Source of the DNA: Tubulanus polymorphus
Lineage: Eukaryota; Animalia; Nemertea
DNA: 64,000 nt
NCBI RefSeq assembly: GCF_964204645.1
Contig: NC_134027.1
Location: forward strand, 12,618,485-12,682,484
Direction of reading: 5' to 3'
In this document: positions 63,001 to 64,000 of the stretch, piece by piece
Numbering within the stretch: position 1 is the first letter of the stretch
Layout: every line of letters begins with the position of its first letter
Notes under the pieces: model-generated
Told to the model about the DNA's origin: nothing
The model's input: only the letters and a program-made list of their open reading frames with translations
Database searches by the model: none
Translations under genes and position numbers: made by a program

Positions 63001-63495
63001 TTTGCACAATGGTCAATGATATTTTCTGTAGTGCTGATAAAAATATTTCTCCCAAAAACCAAATCAAATAAAGCTTTCACAGAAATCGATCTTGAAATAC
63101 AATTTTAGATCTGAAAATAAAACCCGGAAGTAAAACGGTAGACGATACCGCCGGTTCACGTGAACACCTGCTGATTTCTGTGGCTAAGCAAATCATAGAG
63201 GAGTCTGCTTTCTGATTGGCTTTTCAAAATCAATATTTTTGCGATCAGATATTCGCGAAAAAGCTCATATGAATTTTAACGAGGCCCTCTTTCAAAATTC
63301 AGCTAGTTTGGAGAATGGATAATGCTTAAATGAATAATTTGTATGAATCTATGCTCAGTTGCACAGTAAAAGAGCCTTTACTCTGGAAACCATGTCATTT
63401 AAATTCGCTCCATTTGTATAGTAATAGGCTCAGCCTACGGCTGCCCTAAAAATGGACCTCCAACCGCTGAAATCCACATTAGATTTTCATCCCTG
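60015..63495. mobile_element. CAGGGATGAAAA-TIR element, copy 2, interrupted by a HINE
   Basis: Perfect 12-bp TIR CAGGGATGAAAA / TTTTCATCCCTG; inverted homologue of 24729-25486; flanks AAGCTA / GATCTA. Confidence 0.7.
60751..63447 (-). mobile_element. HINE-type element (family F) with further nested repeats
   Basis: Minus-strand 5' TTTTTAGGGCAGCCGTAGGCTGAGCCTA and 3' GCCCCTTGGGGCTCTTGTT; splits the host element at GAT|AAAAATGG. Confidence 0.6.
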
Positions 63496-63678
63496 GATCT
63501 AACACGTAAATTAAAGTACTAGAAAAAACTTTTCAAAATTACTTTTCATAGTTTTGGTTTTGATTGAATACTTTTCAAAAATACTTTTAATGGTTCTGCT
63601 TTTGATTCTTGTTTCTAGTTTGGTATTCTAGTACATAGTGAAGTTTATCTACTCGGTGTCAAGAATAACAGATCTTAC

Positions 63679-63814
63679 ATCAGCCTCAGAATCTTTGAGT
63701 TTCTGTTGTTTTTCTTTGACCTTCATTTCGAATACTTGTTCCATTTCAGCTTCCATCTTTTTAAGTTTAGCATCATGCTCCTTCTTTTCTTCTTCCATTT
63801 GTAATATCGGTGAC
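63679..63814 (-). CDS. SEPT7: Septin-7/peanut coiled-coil exon (gene continues beyond the window)
   Basis: [45 protein letters not shown] matches SEPT7 [45 protein letters not shown]; AG/GT boundaries; 136 nt. Confidence 0.93.
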
Positions 63815-64000
63815 CTGAAAATAAAGAAAATGTTATACATTTTCTACAGAAATACATACCATGTACGTGTTACTATCTGAACCTTTCATTTTACTAGAGG
63901 CTCTAAAGCCTTGTAAGGTAAAAGCATTAAATATCCAATTAAAATCTCGGTATCTATTCTACATAAATAATTGAGGAATAGATTATTCCTTTTGAAAAAT

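Overview
AT-rich (roughly one-third GC) genomic DNA from an intron-containing eukaryote, most likely an invertebrate animal. It holds three host genes: a complete two-exon ninjurin (minus strand, CDS 3578-265), a complete five-exon EMC8/9 gene (plus strand, 23972-39845) and the last three coding exons of a septin-7/peanut gene (minus strand, 63814-52733). Between ninjurin and EMC8/9 lies a ~17 kb decayed endogenous Polinton/Maverick (adintovirus-like) element, about 5921-22644. It has terminal inverted repeats, a major capsid gene, packaging ATPase, integrase-chromodomain and protein-primed PolB, and is itself hit by an L2-clade LINE and Helentron-type non-autonomous elements. A second Polinton capsid relic lies at 43.2-45.6 kb. 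The rest is dense with nested Helentron-associated elements, MITEs and a piggyBac fragment. The most unusual signals are: (i) a ~155-bp fold-back hairpin inside the Polinton TIR, with an inverted duplication beyond the right end; (ii) an AATAAATG (poxvirus-late-promoter-like TAAATG) motif at nearly every Polinton start codon; (iii) a palindrome where the two Polinton gene blocks converge; (iv) strongly over-represented TA-GGCC-TA micro-insertions that look like transposon excision scars. All family assignments come from motif recognition by eye; no database search was run.
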